Positions 8,188 through 17,980 of a DNA stretch of 64,000 nucleotides are shown here, piece after piece. The notes beneath the pieces were generated by a model. That model ran no database searches. It saw only the letters and a program-made list of their open reading frames with translations, and was not told the origin of the DNA. Source of the DNA: Alphaproteobacteria bacterium (GTDB lineage Bacteria; Pseudomonadota; Alphaproteobacteria; CAAHEQ01; UBA3637); the NCBI GenBank assembly GCA_045614025.1, contig JAZLCE010000014.1, positions 2,825-66,824 of the forward strand, read 5' to 3'. Positions within the stretch are counted from its first letter, which is position 1, and each line of letters begins with the position of its first letter. The position numbers and the translations under genes are program-made.

Positions 8188-8499
8188 TTAGTCAATCATA
8201 TCAATTACAATAATTTCATCAATTACTGGTTCATTTGTTTTTGGATCAATGGAATAAATCACTTCAACAAATTCATTTACATCAACTTCAGCTGATTCAG
8301 CAGATTTTTTTTCTTCTTTTTGATAATATTTTGTTTGATCTGTCATTTTCAATTCAGTTGGCTGTTGAGCGTTTGTTGGCTGAACATGAATAACATCTCC
8401 TTTTTTTGAAACCACTTTGCCTTGAATTTCTTCAGCATTGGCATTGATAACGGCAAAAGAGCAAGCAATAGCAAAGCAAGATAACAAAATTTTTTTCAT
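8188..8499 (-). CDS. Orphan small secreted protein
   Basis: 103 aa with an AAGGAG RBS and the signal peptide MKKILLSCFAIACSFAVINANA|EE. The mature part is acidic. Confidence 0.6.
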   Translation of the reverse strand: MKKILLSCFAIACSFAVINANAEEIQGKVVSKKGDVIHVQPTNAQQPTELKMTDQTKYYQKEEKKSAESAEVDVNEFVEVIYSIDPKTNEPVIDEIIVIDMID

Positions 8500-8667
8500 T
8501 TTTTTCTCCTTTTAATTGATTGAAACAAAAAAATTTTACAAGGAGGATATGGTTGTTTTTAAAAGAAAGCTCAATCTCAACGAAAGGATATATCTTGTTG
8601 ATTTTAAAGGAAAAGGGCTTATATCACTAAAGGTTTAACGTTTTAATTTTAATTGAAAGGAAAAAAA

Positions 8668-9249
8668 ATGACAGTTGGAACAAGATATCCCACTCTTGCA
8701 TTTCATACATCAGGTTCAGGGCAAGCAGAAGATGGCATTCCGCCACAACCTTTTGAAACATTTTGTTATGATTCAGCTTTGTTAGATGCGAAGATTCAAG
8801 ATTTTAATATCGTGCCATATACTTCTGTTTTACCACCAGAATTATATGGGAATATTGTGAGCGTTGATGAAGTGAAAGATCATTTTAAGCATGGTGCTGT
8901 TTTAGAAGTAATCATGGCGGGAAATGGAGCCAGACGTGAAGAACACAAAGCCATTGCAACAGGCGTTGGCATTTGCTGGGGTAAAGATAAAAAAGGCAAC
9001 TTTATTGGTGGTTGGGCTGCCGAATATGTTGAATATTTTGATACCTTTATTGATGATGATATTGCAAAAGCGCATGCCGAAATGTGGCTCACAAAATCAT
9101 TAAATCATGAGCTGATGCTTCGGGATGTGGAACAACATTCGGCATTCCAATTTTTCCATAACTATGTGAATGTTGAGCAATCATTTGCTTATTCTTTAAC
9201 GGCGCTTGGCTTTTTGAATTTTGAATATGCGCCCGCAATTTTAAGATAA
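8668..9249 (+). CDS. aaxB: Pyruvoyl-dependent arginine decarboxylase, chlamydial AaxB type
   Basis: [11 protein letters not shown]...[15 protein letters not shown]...FNIVPYT|SVLP...[13 protein letters not shown]...[14 protein letters not shown]...[10 protein letters not shown]...[10 protein letters not shown] matches my recollection of Chlamydia AaxB almost block for block. This includes the Thr52/Ser53 self-cleavage site (Ser codon at 8824..8826). The start is placed at the ATG at 8668 after AAAGGA. Confidence 0.85.
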   Translation: MTVGTRYPTLAFHTSGSGQAEDGIPPQPFETFCYDSALLDAKIQDFNIVPYTSVLPPELYGNIVSVDEVKDHFKHGAVLEVIMAGNGARREEHKAIATGVGICWGKDKKGNFIGGWAAEYVEYFDTFIDDDIAKAHAEMWLTKSLNHELMLRDVEQHSAFQFFHNYVNVEQSFAYSLTALGFLNFEYAPAILR

Positions 9250-9306
9250 GAAAGAAATGAAAGGCGGTCAATAATAAAAAGACTGCCTTTTTTTTATAAA
9301 GGAGAG

Positions 9307-10794
9307 ATGATGAGTGAAATGAAACAACGCGCCAGTTCTTCAAAACTGGGCATTTTCGGATTGGCAGCTATTGTTGTCAGCTCGATGATTGGAGGGGGCA
9401 TTTTTTCGCTTCCTCAAAATATGGCGCAAAATGCAGCAGTTGGATCTGTTATTTTAGCATGGGTGATAACGGGGATTGGTATGTATTTTATTGCCAATAC
9501 GTTCAGAATTTTATCAAACGTAAAACCAGATTTAACGTCTGGGATATATATGTATGCCAAAGAAGGGTTTGGCCCCTTTATGGGATTTAATATTGGGTGG
9601 AGCTATTGGCTTTGCCAAATTTTTGGAAATGTGGGGTATGCCGTGATCACTATGGATGCCTTAAATTATTTTTTTCCAGGCGTTTTTCAAGGGGGAAATA
9701 ATTTAAATTCCATTATTGGAGGCTCTTTGCTCATTTGGTTTTTTAACTTTTTGGTTTTAAGAGGGGTGAAACAAGCGGCCTTTATTAATTTGGTTGTCAC
9801 CATTGCTAAAATTGTTCCCCTTGTGTTGTTTATTATCATTTCAGCAGCCGTATTTAATTTTGATAAGTTTGATTTTGATTTTTGGGGGCAGGGTGTGGAT
9901 GATAAGTTGGGCAGTATTGCTGATCAAATTAAAAACACCATGCTGGTAACTTTGTGGGCCTTTATCGGGATTGAAGGGGCGGTTGTTTTATCAGGGCGCG
10001 CTCAAAATCAATCAGATGTGGGCAAGGCAACTTTAATTGGATTTTTGGGATGTTTAATTATTTATGTGTTGCTTTCTGTTTTGCCATTTGGTCTTTTAAC
10101 TCAAGCGCAGTTGGCTCAAATTCCAAACCCATCAACGGCCGGCGTGCTTGAACATGTGATCGGCAAAGGGGGTGCCTATTTAATGAATATCGGCATGATT
10201 GTTGCCATTTTAGCTAGCTGGCTTTCTTGGACTATGATTGTGGCGGAAATGCCCCATGCCATGGCTAAAAACGGCGCGTTTCCAAAAGTTTTTGCAGATG
10301 AAAATAAAAATGGTTCGCCAGAAGTTTCTTTATGGGTAACCAGCTTTTTAATGCAATTGGTGATGATGCTTGTTTATTTTTCAAATAATGCGTGGAATAC
10401 CATGCTTTCCATCACGGGCGTTATGGTGTTACCGGCTTACTTTATGAGTGCGCTTTATTTATGGAAGATTTGCGAAGATCATGAATTCCTTTCAAAAGCA
10501 GGGATCACAAGGTTTTCAGCATTGATTACGGGTTTTTTGGGATCAATTTATGCCTTATGGCTCATTTATGCCGCAGGTCTTTCATATTTATTAATGGCGG
10601 TGATTTTTATTGCACTTGGCATTCCGCTTTATATGATCAGCCGATATGAGCAAGGGGCAAGGTTTTTTGCGGATGAAACAGCGCCAAATGGGCTTAAAAT
10701 GTTTAATGAGTCTGAAAAAGCCTTATGTGTGATTCTTTTGGCAACAGCACTCATTGCGCTTTATGCTTTTTCGCATAAGTTGTTAACGTTATAA
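9307..10794 (+). CDS. aaxC: APC-superfamily basic amino acid antiporter (arginine/agmatine AaxC or ArcD-like)
   Basis: 495 aa with about 12-13 TM helices and an N-terminus (KLGIFGLAAIVVSSMIGGGIFSLPQNMA) typical of ArcD/AaxC-type exchangers. It lies 58 nt downstream of aaxB behind an AAGGAG RBS. Confidence 0.75.
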   Translation: MMSEMKQRASSSKLGIFGLAAIVVSSMIGGGIFSLPQNMAQNAAVGSVILAWVITGIGMYFIANTFRILSNVKPDLTSGIYMYAKEGFGPFMGFNIGWSYWLCQIFGNVGYAVITMDALNYFFPGVFQGGNNLNSIIGGSLLIWFFNFLVLRGVKQAAFINLVVTIAKIVPLVLFIIISAAVFNFDKFDFDFWGQGVDDKLGSIADQIKNTMLVTLWAFIGIEGAVVLSGRAQNQSDVGKATLIGFLGCLIIYVLLSVLPFGLLTQAQLAQIPNPSTAGVLEHVIGKGGAYLMNIGMIVAILASWLSWTMIVAEMPHAMAKNGAFPKVFADENKNGSPEVSLWVTSFLMQLVMMLVYFSNNAWNTMLSITGVMVLPAYFMSALYLWKICEDHEFLSKAGITRFSALITGFLGSIYALWLIYAAGLSYLLMAVIFIALGIPLYMISRYEQGARFFADETAPNGLKMFNESEKALCVILLATALIALYAFSHKLLTL

Positions 10795-10841
10795 TTTTTG
10801 CCTTAAAAGAAAAGAGCCACCTTAAAAAGTGGCCCTTTTTT

Positions 10842-12038
10842 TTATCTGTTATATTGATCTTGATAAGAATTGATAGCTATATCTCTTGAAACTGATTGCC
10901 CAGCTGAAGCTAAAGTCCTAGAAACTCCACGATTTTTATTTTGATCAGAAACGTTTGTTGGTTCTTGACGAATAACGTTTGGTCTTATTTCTTTTGGTAA
11001 GGCGTTTGTTGGGTTTTGTTCAGATCGATAGAATGGGTTTTCTAAAGTATTACGTGTGTTGCGGATTGTGTTATCTGTTTCTTTTGTTGCTTGTTCCACT
11101 TGTGGATTTTGACCGTTATCTGCGATTTTAACAATGCCATTTATTTCATCTGAGTGATTTACCCTTCGGCTTATTTCTTCATGTCTATGGATTAAACCAA
11201 TGCGTTGCCTGTTATAATTTGTTAATAAGGTGTGCCCATGTTGAATATTTGATTGAGCTTCTTCTTCAGATAAAAAACCTTCAGTTTCGGCTCTTTTATT
11301 AAGAACATGAAGCTGACTAAGCGTTCTTTGGTTTAAAACCTCTTGGTAATAAGGGGTATTTTGGAATGTTTGAGATAAGATTTCTCTTGCTTCATCAGGG
11401 TTTTTCCCACTTCTTAACAAACTAACATACATGTCATCAATGCAGTGAATTATATCGTTGTTTAATTGGGTTGCTTCTTTTTCTAATTGTGTTGCAGCGT
11501 GAAGATTTTCTTGAGCTAATTTTAAAGGAAGTTCAAAAACTTTAATTTGTTCGCCATTATGATATGTGTTTTCATAAATTATGGCAGGATTTCTTTGAGC
11601 TTCTTCTTTAAACCGATGAAGATTATGAATGATCACTCTTGAGTCAACTTTATAATATTTTCTAAAGGCTTCAAGGCTCATGTTGCGTTTTTCAGCATCG
11701 GACATGCGGTTATATTCTTCACGCAACTGTTGTACTTGAAAATCTTGTTCCGCTTGATCATTTGCGCTGTTTGAGTTTGCGGAAGTTAAACTGGTTGAAG
11801 TTCCTGGATTTTCTTTTGCGTGTTTTAAAACGCTAATTACCGTTGGTGAAATTGAAATGCTTTGTTCCATGCGCCGAAATTGATCTTTAATTTCAGGATC
11901 GGAAGATAATGTATTATATTCGGTTGCCAATGATTGCAATTGGCTTTGGTTCATTTCTTCTAACGATCTATCATTTAATGAAGAAAGTTCTCTTAATAAA
12001 ATGCGTGCCCGCGATATTTTTTCGCCTCTATTATTCAT
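10842..12038 (-). CDS. Orphan soluble protein, polar/low-complexity termini
   Basis: 398 aa with no TM segment, signal peptide or recognisable motif. It has an AAGGGGA RBS. Confidence 0.55.
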   Translation of the reverse strand: MNNRGEKISRARILLRELSSLNDRSLEEMNQSQLQSLATEYNTLSSDPEIKDQFRRMEQSISISPTVISVLKHAKENPGTSTSLTSANSNSANDQAEQDFQVQQLREEYNRMSDAEKRNMSLEAFRKYYKVDSRVIIHNLHRFKEEAQRNPAIIYENTYHNGEQIKVFELPLKLAQENLHAATQLEKEATQLNNDIIHCIDDMYVSLLRSGKNPDEAREILSQTFQNTPYYQEVLNQRTLSQLHVLNKRAETEGFLSEEEAQSNIQHGHTLLTNYNRQRIGLIHRHEEISRRVNHSDEINGIVKIADNGQNPQVEQATKETDNTIRNTRNTLENPFYRSEQNPTNALPKEIRPNVIRQEPTNVSDQNKNRGVSRTLASAGQSVSRDIAINSYQDQYNR

Positions 12039-12107
12039 TTCATCGTCCCCTTTAAAGTCCCTAATATAAAAAGTATAACATACTTTTATAAAAAAAGGGA
12101 AGATTTT

Positions 12108-13028
12108 TTATTTATTTTTTAAAGCTTTTGATTTTTGAATCAAAAAATAACTGCCCGAGATTAAAAAGGGAATAATATAATAAATCAAGCGATAAAGAAT
12201 AAAGGCCAGTAAAATATTTTCTTTTTGGGGCAGGGTATGGGGTAAAAGGCTTAAAAAAGAGCTTTCAAAAACCCCAATGCCAGCCGGAACTTGCGATAAA
12301 AAAGCAAGAAAAGAAGCCAAGATAAAAGCAACGAAAACGCTTAAAAAATTGGCATCAGGTAAGTTTAAAAAAATATAAAACACCAAAAATAAGCTTAAGA
12401 TATCAAAACATCCAACCAAAAGCCCTTTAAAACTGAGTGTTTTTGTGGGGAGCAAAATTTTTTCATTTTTAATTTGAAAGGTTTTTTCTTTTTGTGAATC
12501 CAATTTAAAATATAAAAGAAAAAACATTAAAATGCCTATGCTAGAAAAATAAAGAATCAAGGGATGATGCCATTGAATTTGAACAACAAATAAAACTTTA
12601 AGTAAAAGCGCTAAAAAAAGCGTTCCTAATAAGCCAAAAATTGAAAAAAGAGAAATAATTGTCACCAATAAAAGGATTTCTTTTTTCTTAAATCCAAGCG
12701 GGCGCAAAAATAAATATCTGATTGCGCCACCAGAAGCATAAGTATGGCCTGCTAAATTGCTGACGGCAAAACTTAATGCCGATATTTTAAGCGTTTTTAA
12801 AAAAGAAAGCTTTTTCTTTAAATATAAAAGCCCCAATTTGTCATAAAATGAAAGGATGATGAAATTCAAAATCGTTGCCAAAGAACCTAAAACCAAAATA
12901 AAAAGAGAGGTGTTATTTAGGCCAGCAAAAATCTTTTCGCTTCCAATCAGCTTTATTTCTTTATAAACCATATAAAGCCCAAACAAAAAAAAGAAAAAGC
13001 TTAAAAGTTTAATCAGTTTATCAATCAT
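12108..13028 (-). CDS. Polytopic membrane protein, MprF-N-terminal/UPF0104 (LPG_synthase_TM)-like
   Basis: 306 aa with about 8 TM helices. The segment GHTYASGGAIRYLFLRPLGFKKKEI resembles the conserved G-G-x-x-R-y loop of the flippase-like family. This is a weak call made by eye. Confidence 0.45.
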   Translation of the reverse strand: MIDKLIKLLSFFFFLFGLYMVYKEIKLIGSEKIFAGLNNTSLFILVLGSLATILNFIILSFYDKLGLLYLKKKLSFLKTLKISALSFAVSNLAGHTYASGGAIRYLFLRPLGFKKKEILLLVTIISLFSIFGLLGTLFLALLLKVLFVVQIQWHHPLILYFSSIGILMFFLLYFKLDSQKEKTFQIKNEKILLPTKTLSFKGLLVGCFDILSLFLVFYIFLNLPDANFLSVFVAFILASFLAFLSQVPAGIGVFESSFLSLLPHTLPQKENILLAFILYRLIYYIIPFLISGSYFLIQKSKALKNK

Positions 13029-13031
13029 GCA

Positions 13032-14339
13032 TTAAAACATAAAGGTGGCTCTGATGGAAGCAACAGTTGCCGTGTGGCTTTTATTATTCAGCGCTGGGTT
13101 AATATAAAATTGAATATCTGGCGTGATAATCAGCGTTGATCCAATGCCAAAGGAATAATATCCTTCTAAAACATTTTCCCAATTCCTATTGCTTTGCATT
13201 GCTTCTTTATCAACTTTATTGAGCGCATAGGCTATTCCAATTTGATCTAGCATGTTGCGGTTAAAGGGATTATTATAAACGCCACCGAAAACATAAGATT
13301 GATTAAATCCTGTTAAAGCTTGGCTTACGCCGTTTGCCCGCCCAAAAATAGCCCATTTTTTGCCAATGTTTTGTTGAACATTAAAGCTCCAGCCATAAGC
13401 TTTTCCTGTTTGTTCTTCAACGCTTGGTTGATGATAAAGAAGCAAGCTTAATTGCAATTCGCCTAAAGAATTGGTAGGCGAATAACTGGCGCTTAAAAAC
13501 GAAGTGACCTTTTTATCGGATAAATTTTTGGTTGTGATACGGTTGCCTGAAACGTTTGTGGCATCTTGAATCCCAGCAGATAAAGAAAATAAGGAAGAGG
13601 GCGCCCAAGTGATATATCCGCCTAAACCAGCCGTTGGGTAAACGCCTGTTAAATTTTGAGAAAGCGCCTCATTTAAAAAGTTAATCTGTTGATTTGAATT
13701 ATATTCCATGCCATCAAAGTTATAAAGCGGAAATTGCCCAAGCGTTACGCTGAATGATTTCAATGCCCCTGAAAAGTTTTGCGTATAGGAAAGTTGATCA
13801 AAATAATTTGCTTTTTCGGTATAATCATTTAATGGCGTTGCAATGCCAATGTTGTTGCCTAAAATGGAAGCATTTTTGTTCCAATATCTGATAAGTGTAT
13901 AAGCCACCTGAATGGAGCCACTTCCAAATTTTTCAGATTGAAACAAATCCCAGTTTAAAGAACCGTAATACTGGGTTTGCCACGGAGTGATTTTTCCATT
14001 TGGGCTTCCGCGTTGGCCAAGAAGTGAAACATCAAGGGAATAATTGATGCCCGTATTGTTTTGAAACCGTTGTTTGGCTTTTTGATATTCTTTGGCCCAA
14101 GAACCATCGGAATCTTTTTGATACTTGGCTCTCTTTTTTGATTTTGAAATTTTTGAATGAACCGATTTTGCTTTATATGGATGAAACTTTTTTAAATCAG
14201 ATTGCGTCAATGCAATGTTTTCTTGCAAGTTTTCTTCGCCTTCAAGGGGCAATAAAAAAGCTTCTTCTAACGCGCCTTGCGCAACCGCTTGATAACTTAA
14301 AAACATTAACCCAACCCCAAGTAACAGTGTTTTTTTCAT
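13032..14339 (-). CDS. OprB-family (carbohydrate-selective-type) outer-membrane porin; candidate AaxA equivalent
   Basis: The start is set at the ATG at 14339 (GGAGAAAAAAG upstream), giving the signal peptide MKKTLLLGVGLMFLSYQAVAQG. The protein has an alternating beta-strand pattern rich in aromatics, G and N, and ends ...ASIRATFMF with a terminal Phe. Length and composition fit an OprB-like porin. Confidence 0.6.
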   Translation of the reverse strand: MKKTLLLGVGLMFLSYQAVAQGALEEAFLLPLEGEENLQENIALTQSDLKKFHPYKAKSVHSKISKSKKRAKYQKDSDGSWAKEYQKAKQRFQNNTGINYSLDVSLLGQRGSPNGKITPWQTQYYGSLNWDLFQSEKFGSGSIQVAYTLIRYWNKNASILGNNIGIATPLNDYTEKANYFDQLSYTQNFSGALKSFSVTLGQFPLYNFDGMEYNSNQQINFLNEALSQNLTGVYPTAGLGGYITWAPSSLFSLSAGIQDATNVSGNRITTKNLSDKKVTSFLSASYSPTNSLGELQLSLLLYHQPSVEEQTGKAYGWSFNVQQNIGKKWAIFGRANGVSQALTGFNQSYVFGGVYNNPFNRNMLDQIGIAYALNKVDKEAMQSNRNWENVLEGYYSFGIGSTLIITPDIQFYINPALNNKSHTATVASIRATFMF

Positions 14340-14569
14340 CTTTTTTCTCCTTTTTTTTAATGATATGGAAGGGGGTAAATAACCTTGCAAGATATACTTT
14401 TTGCCTTAAAAATAAAGGTATTATCAAAAATCTAAAATTTTAACCATTTTTTTTGTCTATTAAAAAGCCTTTATTTTTCAAAAAGATATAAAAAACATTT
14501 GACGAGCTTTTTTTTTAAGGGTATAATTAAAGTAACAGTTTTTTATTGTTTTTTAGGAGGAGGCTTAAG

Positions 14570-15970
14570 ATGACTTGGATTGCAAGATTTGGGAGAGAAT
14601 TAACAGGACGTGAATGGGATCCAGATATAGTTATTGATAACGCTGCGCAGGGCAAGTTAAGGGATGTTGATAGAGGACTTGGGATGTTAGAGGACCCGTT
14701 ACGTGTTAGGCATTCTAAAGATGGTAATACTGCATTAATGAAAGCGGCACGAAATGGTCATGTTAAAGTTGTTAATCTATTAATTCGCATGGCCAAAAAG
14801 GAAGACTATTGTGCTGAAGTTCTTAATATGCAAGATCGATCTGGTAATACGGCGCTTAATAAGGCGGCCTATCGTGGGCATTTAGATATTGTAAATTCGT
14901 TAGTTTCTGCAGGTGCGGATGTTAATTTGGCTGATAACAATGGAAATACGCCATTGATTAATGCTGCTGGTGCAGGGCATGCTGATGTGGTTATATCTTT
15001 GTGTGGCCTATCTACAATGAGGGGCACACCTGTATCACTAGATAATCATGGTGGACAGTATAGGGATACAGCTTTAACTTTGGCTGCTAAAAATGGGCAT
15101 ATTGATGTGGTTCGAGCCTTGCTTGATGCTGGTGCTGATGTGAATGCAACAGATAGTCTAGGAAACACACCATTAATCAAAGCTGCTTTTTGGGGACATC
15201 CTGAAGTTGTTATGGCTTTGTTAACGCACCCAAACAGTCAAGATAAGATTAAATTAGATGCTAAAGCGACTAATGGGCTTAGTGCTTATGATGCAACGCT
15301 TTCTAAGGATCCAAGACGCCCACGAGGTGGTTATGCACAATTTATCTTAATGAACCCCTCAACTGCATTACTCAGAGCCGCAGAGCGGGGAGGGTGTTCT
15401 GATGCAGATGAGAGAGCTCAGTCATTTCCTCTTGCAAGTTTTATATTAAACAATACTATTTCTGAGGAAAGCAAAAAAAAGTTTTTGTCGGCAACAGATG
15501 AGAATGGGCAGAATGCTTTAATGGTGGCTATTCGAAATAATAATGATCCGCGCTTAATAAATGCTTTAGTATCAGCGAGTAATGGTGTAAAGTTGGATGA
15601 AAACAAGAAATTAATTGATATGCAAGATAATGAAGGGTATACTGCATTGATGCGGGCAGCTCAAAATGGGGATTTTGAAACCGTTAAAAAAATAATAGCG
15701 GCGGGAGCTGATTTGAATATTAAAAATAACCGTGGCCAAACTGTTATGGATATTGTTGGCAGTATGACTCCGGTTAGCGGTCGAACTGTAGGGGATCTTG
15801 GTCGAGATCCCAAATCAGCTGCGTATCTTAATATTTATAATTTTATTAGTGAAAACGGTGGAAGACATGGAACCCCAAATGCAGTCAGCTCTTTGCAACG
15901 TAATGCTACTTCTTTAGGTGATGATTTGCCTATACCTGAGATGGGTAATCGTAATGATTATACAGCATAA
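14570..15970 (+). CDS. Ankyrin-repeat protein
   Basis: An AGGAGG RBS precedes the ATG at 14570. There are many ANK units (GNTALMKAARNGHVKVVNLLI, GNTALNKAAYRGHLDIVNSLVSAGADVN, GNTPLINAAGAGHADVV, DTALTLAAKNGHIDVVRALLDAGADVN, GYTALMRAAQNGDFETVKKIIAAGADLN). Confidence 0.9.
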   Translation: MTWIARFGRELTGREWDPDIVIDNAAQGKLRDVDRGLGMLEDPLRVRHSKDGNTALMKAARNGHVKVVNLLIRMAKKEDYCAEVLNMQDRSGNTALNKAAYRGHLDIVNSLVSAGADVNLADNNGNTPLINAAGAGHADVVISLCGLSTMRGTPVSLDNHGGQYRDTALTLAAKNGHIDVVRALLDAGADVNATDSLGNTPLIKAAFWGHPEVVMALLTHPNSQDKIKLDAKATNGLSAYDATLSKDPRRPRGGYAQFILMNPSTALLRAAERGGCSDADERAQSFPLASFILNNTISEESKKKFLSATDENGQNALMVAIRNNNDPRLINALVSASNGVKLDENKKLIDMQDNEGYTALMRAAQNGDFETVKKIIAAGADLNIKNNRGQTVMDIVGSMTPVSGRTVGDLGRDPKSAAYLNIYNFISENGGRHGTPNAVSSLQRNATSLGDDLPIPEMGNRNDYTA

Positions 15971-16006
15971 TGTTTGATAAAAATTAAAATTGTGGAGGAT
16001 GGATTA

Positions 16007-17797
16007 ATGAGTGTTAGTATAAGTGAAAATTTGGTAAAAGACTCTGATATAGATGACTTGATAGATTTTCTTGATGCAAATAAGAGTGGACTTACAGCCC
16101 AAAATTGGACGGATTTAGTTAAGCAGGCACAAAATGATAAAAGTAAACTGAATCAGATGTTGATTTGGGCAAGTTCTGTGGGGCAACTAGATGGTGTAAA
16201 TCAACTGATTGCAGCTGGAGCTGATTGTTCTGCTGTTGCAATTGATGTTGGCTCTAATACGACCGGAAAGCATAGTGACACTGCTTTAACTTTGGCTGCT
16301 AAAAATGGGCATGTTGAAGTTGTTAGAGCCTTGCTTAATGCTGGTGCCAATGTGAACCAAACAGATAAAAATGGGTTAACGCCATTGATGAAAGCTGCTT
16401 ATCGAGGGCATAGTCGTGTTATAGTGGCATTGTTGGCGGATTCGAGTTGTAATTTAGCGCTCGTAGATAATGAAGGAAAAACGGCTTATGATTATGCTGT
16501 GGAGTATAATAATTCACATCCCAACGATAAGGTGCATGATATGTTGGTTCGAAGTTTGAAACCACAAGCAGCTCCAACTCCAGCGCCGGTAGAAGTACAA
16601 GAAGAGCCTTCACCAAATGCAAATGCATTGCGTAAGGCTCTTCAACAGACACCACGTAATTTAGAAGATATTCACAAGGTTATGCAAAGATTAAATAATG
16701 CTGATGTAACAGCTGTTTTGGCTGAGCAAGGAATGGCGCAACGTTATTTTTCAGCTGCTTATGAATATTATTCAGCAAAACCAGAGGGTTCAAACGACCC
16801 CAGAAATAAAGAACTGGCTAAAACATTTGAACGTTTGAAAGAGCTTCAAGTTTATGTTGATAGTAATGGAACAGGTAAAAAACCAAGTGGCGTTGATTCT
16901 CCAGATGCGGCTCGTGTTAAACTCAGAGAAATTTTAGAAGGTGTTCAACAAAACGCAGATTTGTGGGATAATTTATCTGAGCAAGATAAAAGGGCAATAG
17001 GTTTTATTGCAGAAAATTCAAAACCAAAAGATAAAGCTCAAGAATTGCGTAATGCAATTATAGACGACGGTTTAGCTGGAAATATTTTAAAAGTTATTGA
17101 ATCGACTGATGACGAAATAATTAGAACTGTTTTGGCTGAAAAAGGCGTTGGCGCTCGATATTGCAATGCATTTGTTGACCGGCATGCGGCAACACCTGAA
17201 GTGTCTGCTCAATATAAAGCATTATCTGAGTTATATCAGGAATTAGATAGTGAAACAGATGAGTCTAAGAGAAAAGAAATTCAAACAAAAATTGCAGGAG
17301 TACTTCAAAGCCTTTCATCTGCTAACGGTTTGGAACCAGGGGAAAAGAAAGTTATCACATTGTTGCAATCTGTTTATCAACACCCAGAAAGCCATGTTAT
17401 TAATGGTGGAATACCTAAAGGGGTTAATATTCCGCAAGGGCAACCAGTTGTAAATCCCGTTCAAGATGGTATTGCTATGGCTCAAGCCAAATCTGAAGAA
17501 GAAAAAACACCATGGTATAAACAAGAATGGATCTGGTGGGTGTTGGGTATTGCCTTGGCAGGTGCGCTTGGATTCTTTGCCTTCCGTAAAGGCGGATGGT
17601 TGAATAAAGATGATAAAAAGACTGCTACTGTGAATACAAACACAAATGATAATTCTAATTCAAACACAAATACCAATGATGGCAATGAATCTGGTGGAAC
17701 GCTTGATAATTCAGCGCAAAACATCACTTCAGCCGATTTGAATAATATGTTGGCAACAGGTGGCCGAATTTCAAGATCATCAACAGATAGAAGCTAA
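16007..17797 (+). CDS. Ankyrin-repeat protein with internal duplicated module, C-terminal TM anchor and N/T-rich tail
   Basis: A GGAGGA RBS precedes the ATG at 16007. ANK units include DTALTLAAKNGHVEVVRALLNAGANVN and GLTPLMKAAYRGHSRVIVALL. A module is duplicated (TAVLAEQGMAQRYFSAAYEYY / RTVLAEKGVGARYCNAFVDRH). The TM segment is WIWWVLGIALAGALGFFAF and the tail reads TVNTNTNDNSNSNTNTND. Confidence 0.85.
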   Translation: MSVSISENLVKDSDIDDLIDFLDANKSGLTAQNWTDLVKQAQNDKSKLNQMLIWASSVGQLDGVNQLIAAGADCSAVAIDVGSNTTGKHSDTALTLAAKNGHVEVVRALLNAGANVNQTDKNGLTPLMKAAYRGHSRVIVALLADSSCNLALVDNEGKTAYDYAVEYNNSHPNDKVHDMLVRSLKPQAAPTPAPVEVQEEPSPNANALRKALQQTPRNLEDIHKVMQRLNNADVTAVLAEQGMAQRYFSAAYEYYSAKPEGSNDPRNKELAKTFERLKELQVYVDSNGTGKKPSGVDSPDAARVKLREILEGVQQNADLWDNLSEQDKRAIGFIAENSKPKDKAQELRNAIIDDGLAGNILKVIESTDDEIIRTVLAEKGVGARYCNAFVDRHAATPEVSAQYKALSELYQELDSETDESKRKEIQTKIAGVLQSLSSANGLEPGEKKVITLLQSVYQHPESHVINGGIPKGVNIPQGQPVVNPVQDGIAMAQAKSEEEKTPWYKQEWIWWVLGIALAGALGFFAFRKGGWLNKDDKKTATVNTNTNDNSNSNTNTNDGNESGGTLDNSAQNITSADLNNMLATGGRISRSSTDRS

Positions 17798-17820
17798 TCT
17801 TCTTCTTTAAACCATAAAAA

Positions 17821-17853
17821 AACCGCTTGTTTAAGTTTAACAGGCGGTTTTTT
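17821..17853 (+). terminator. Intrinsic terminator after ankyrin gene pair
   Basis: The stem CCGCTTGTT / AACAGGCGG (one G-U pair) is followed by T6. Confidence 0.7.
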
Positions 17854-17920
17854 GTAACAAGAAAACCATTTTTAGATATCTTTATGGGTTTGATGTCAAT
17901 AAAGCTTTTAGCCGTTTATA

Positions 17921-17955
17921 AAAAACCCACTAGCAAAGGGGCAGTGGGTTTCTTT
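17921..17955 (-). terminator. Intrinsic terminator of the convergent coiled-coil gene
   Basis: On the minus strand, ACCCACT - loop - AGTGGGT is followed by T5-6. Confidence 0.6.
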
Positions 17956-17980
17956 TATGTTTTGTTTAATTGATGTTTTT

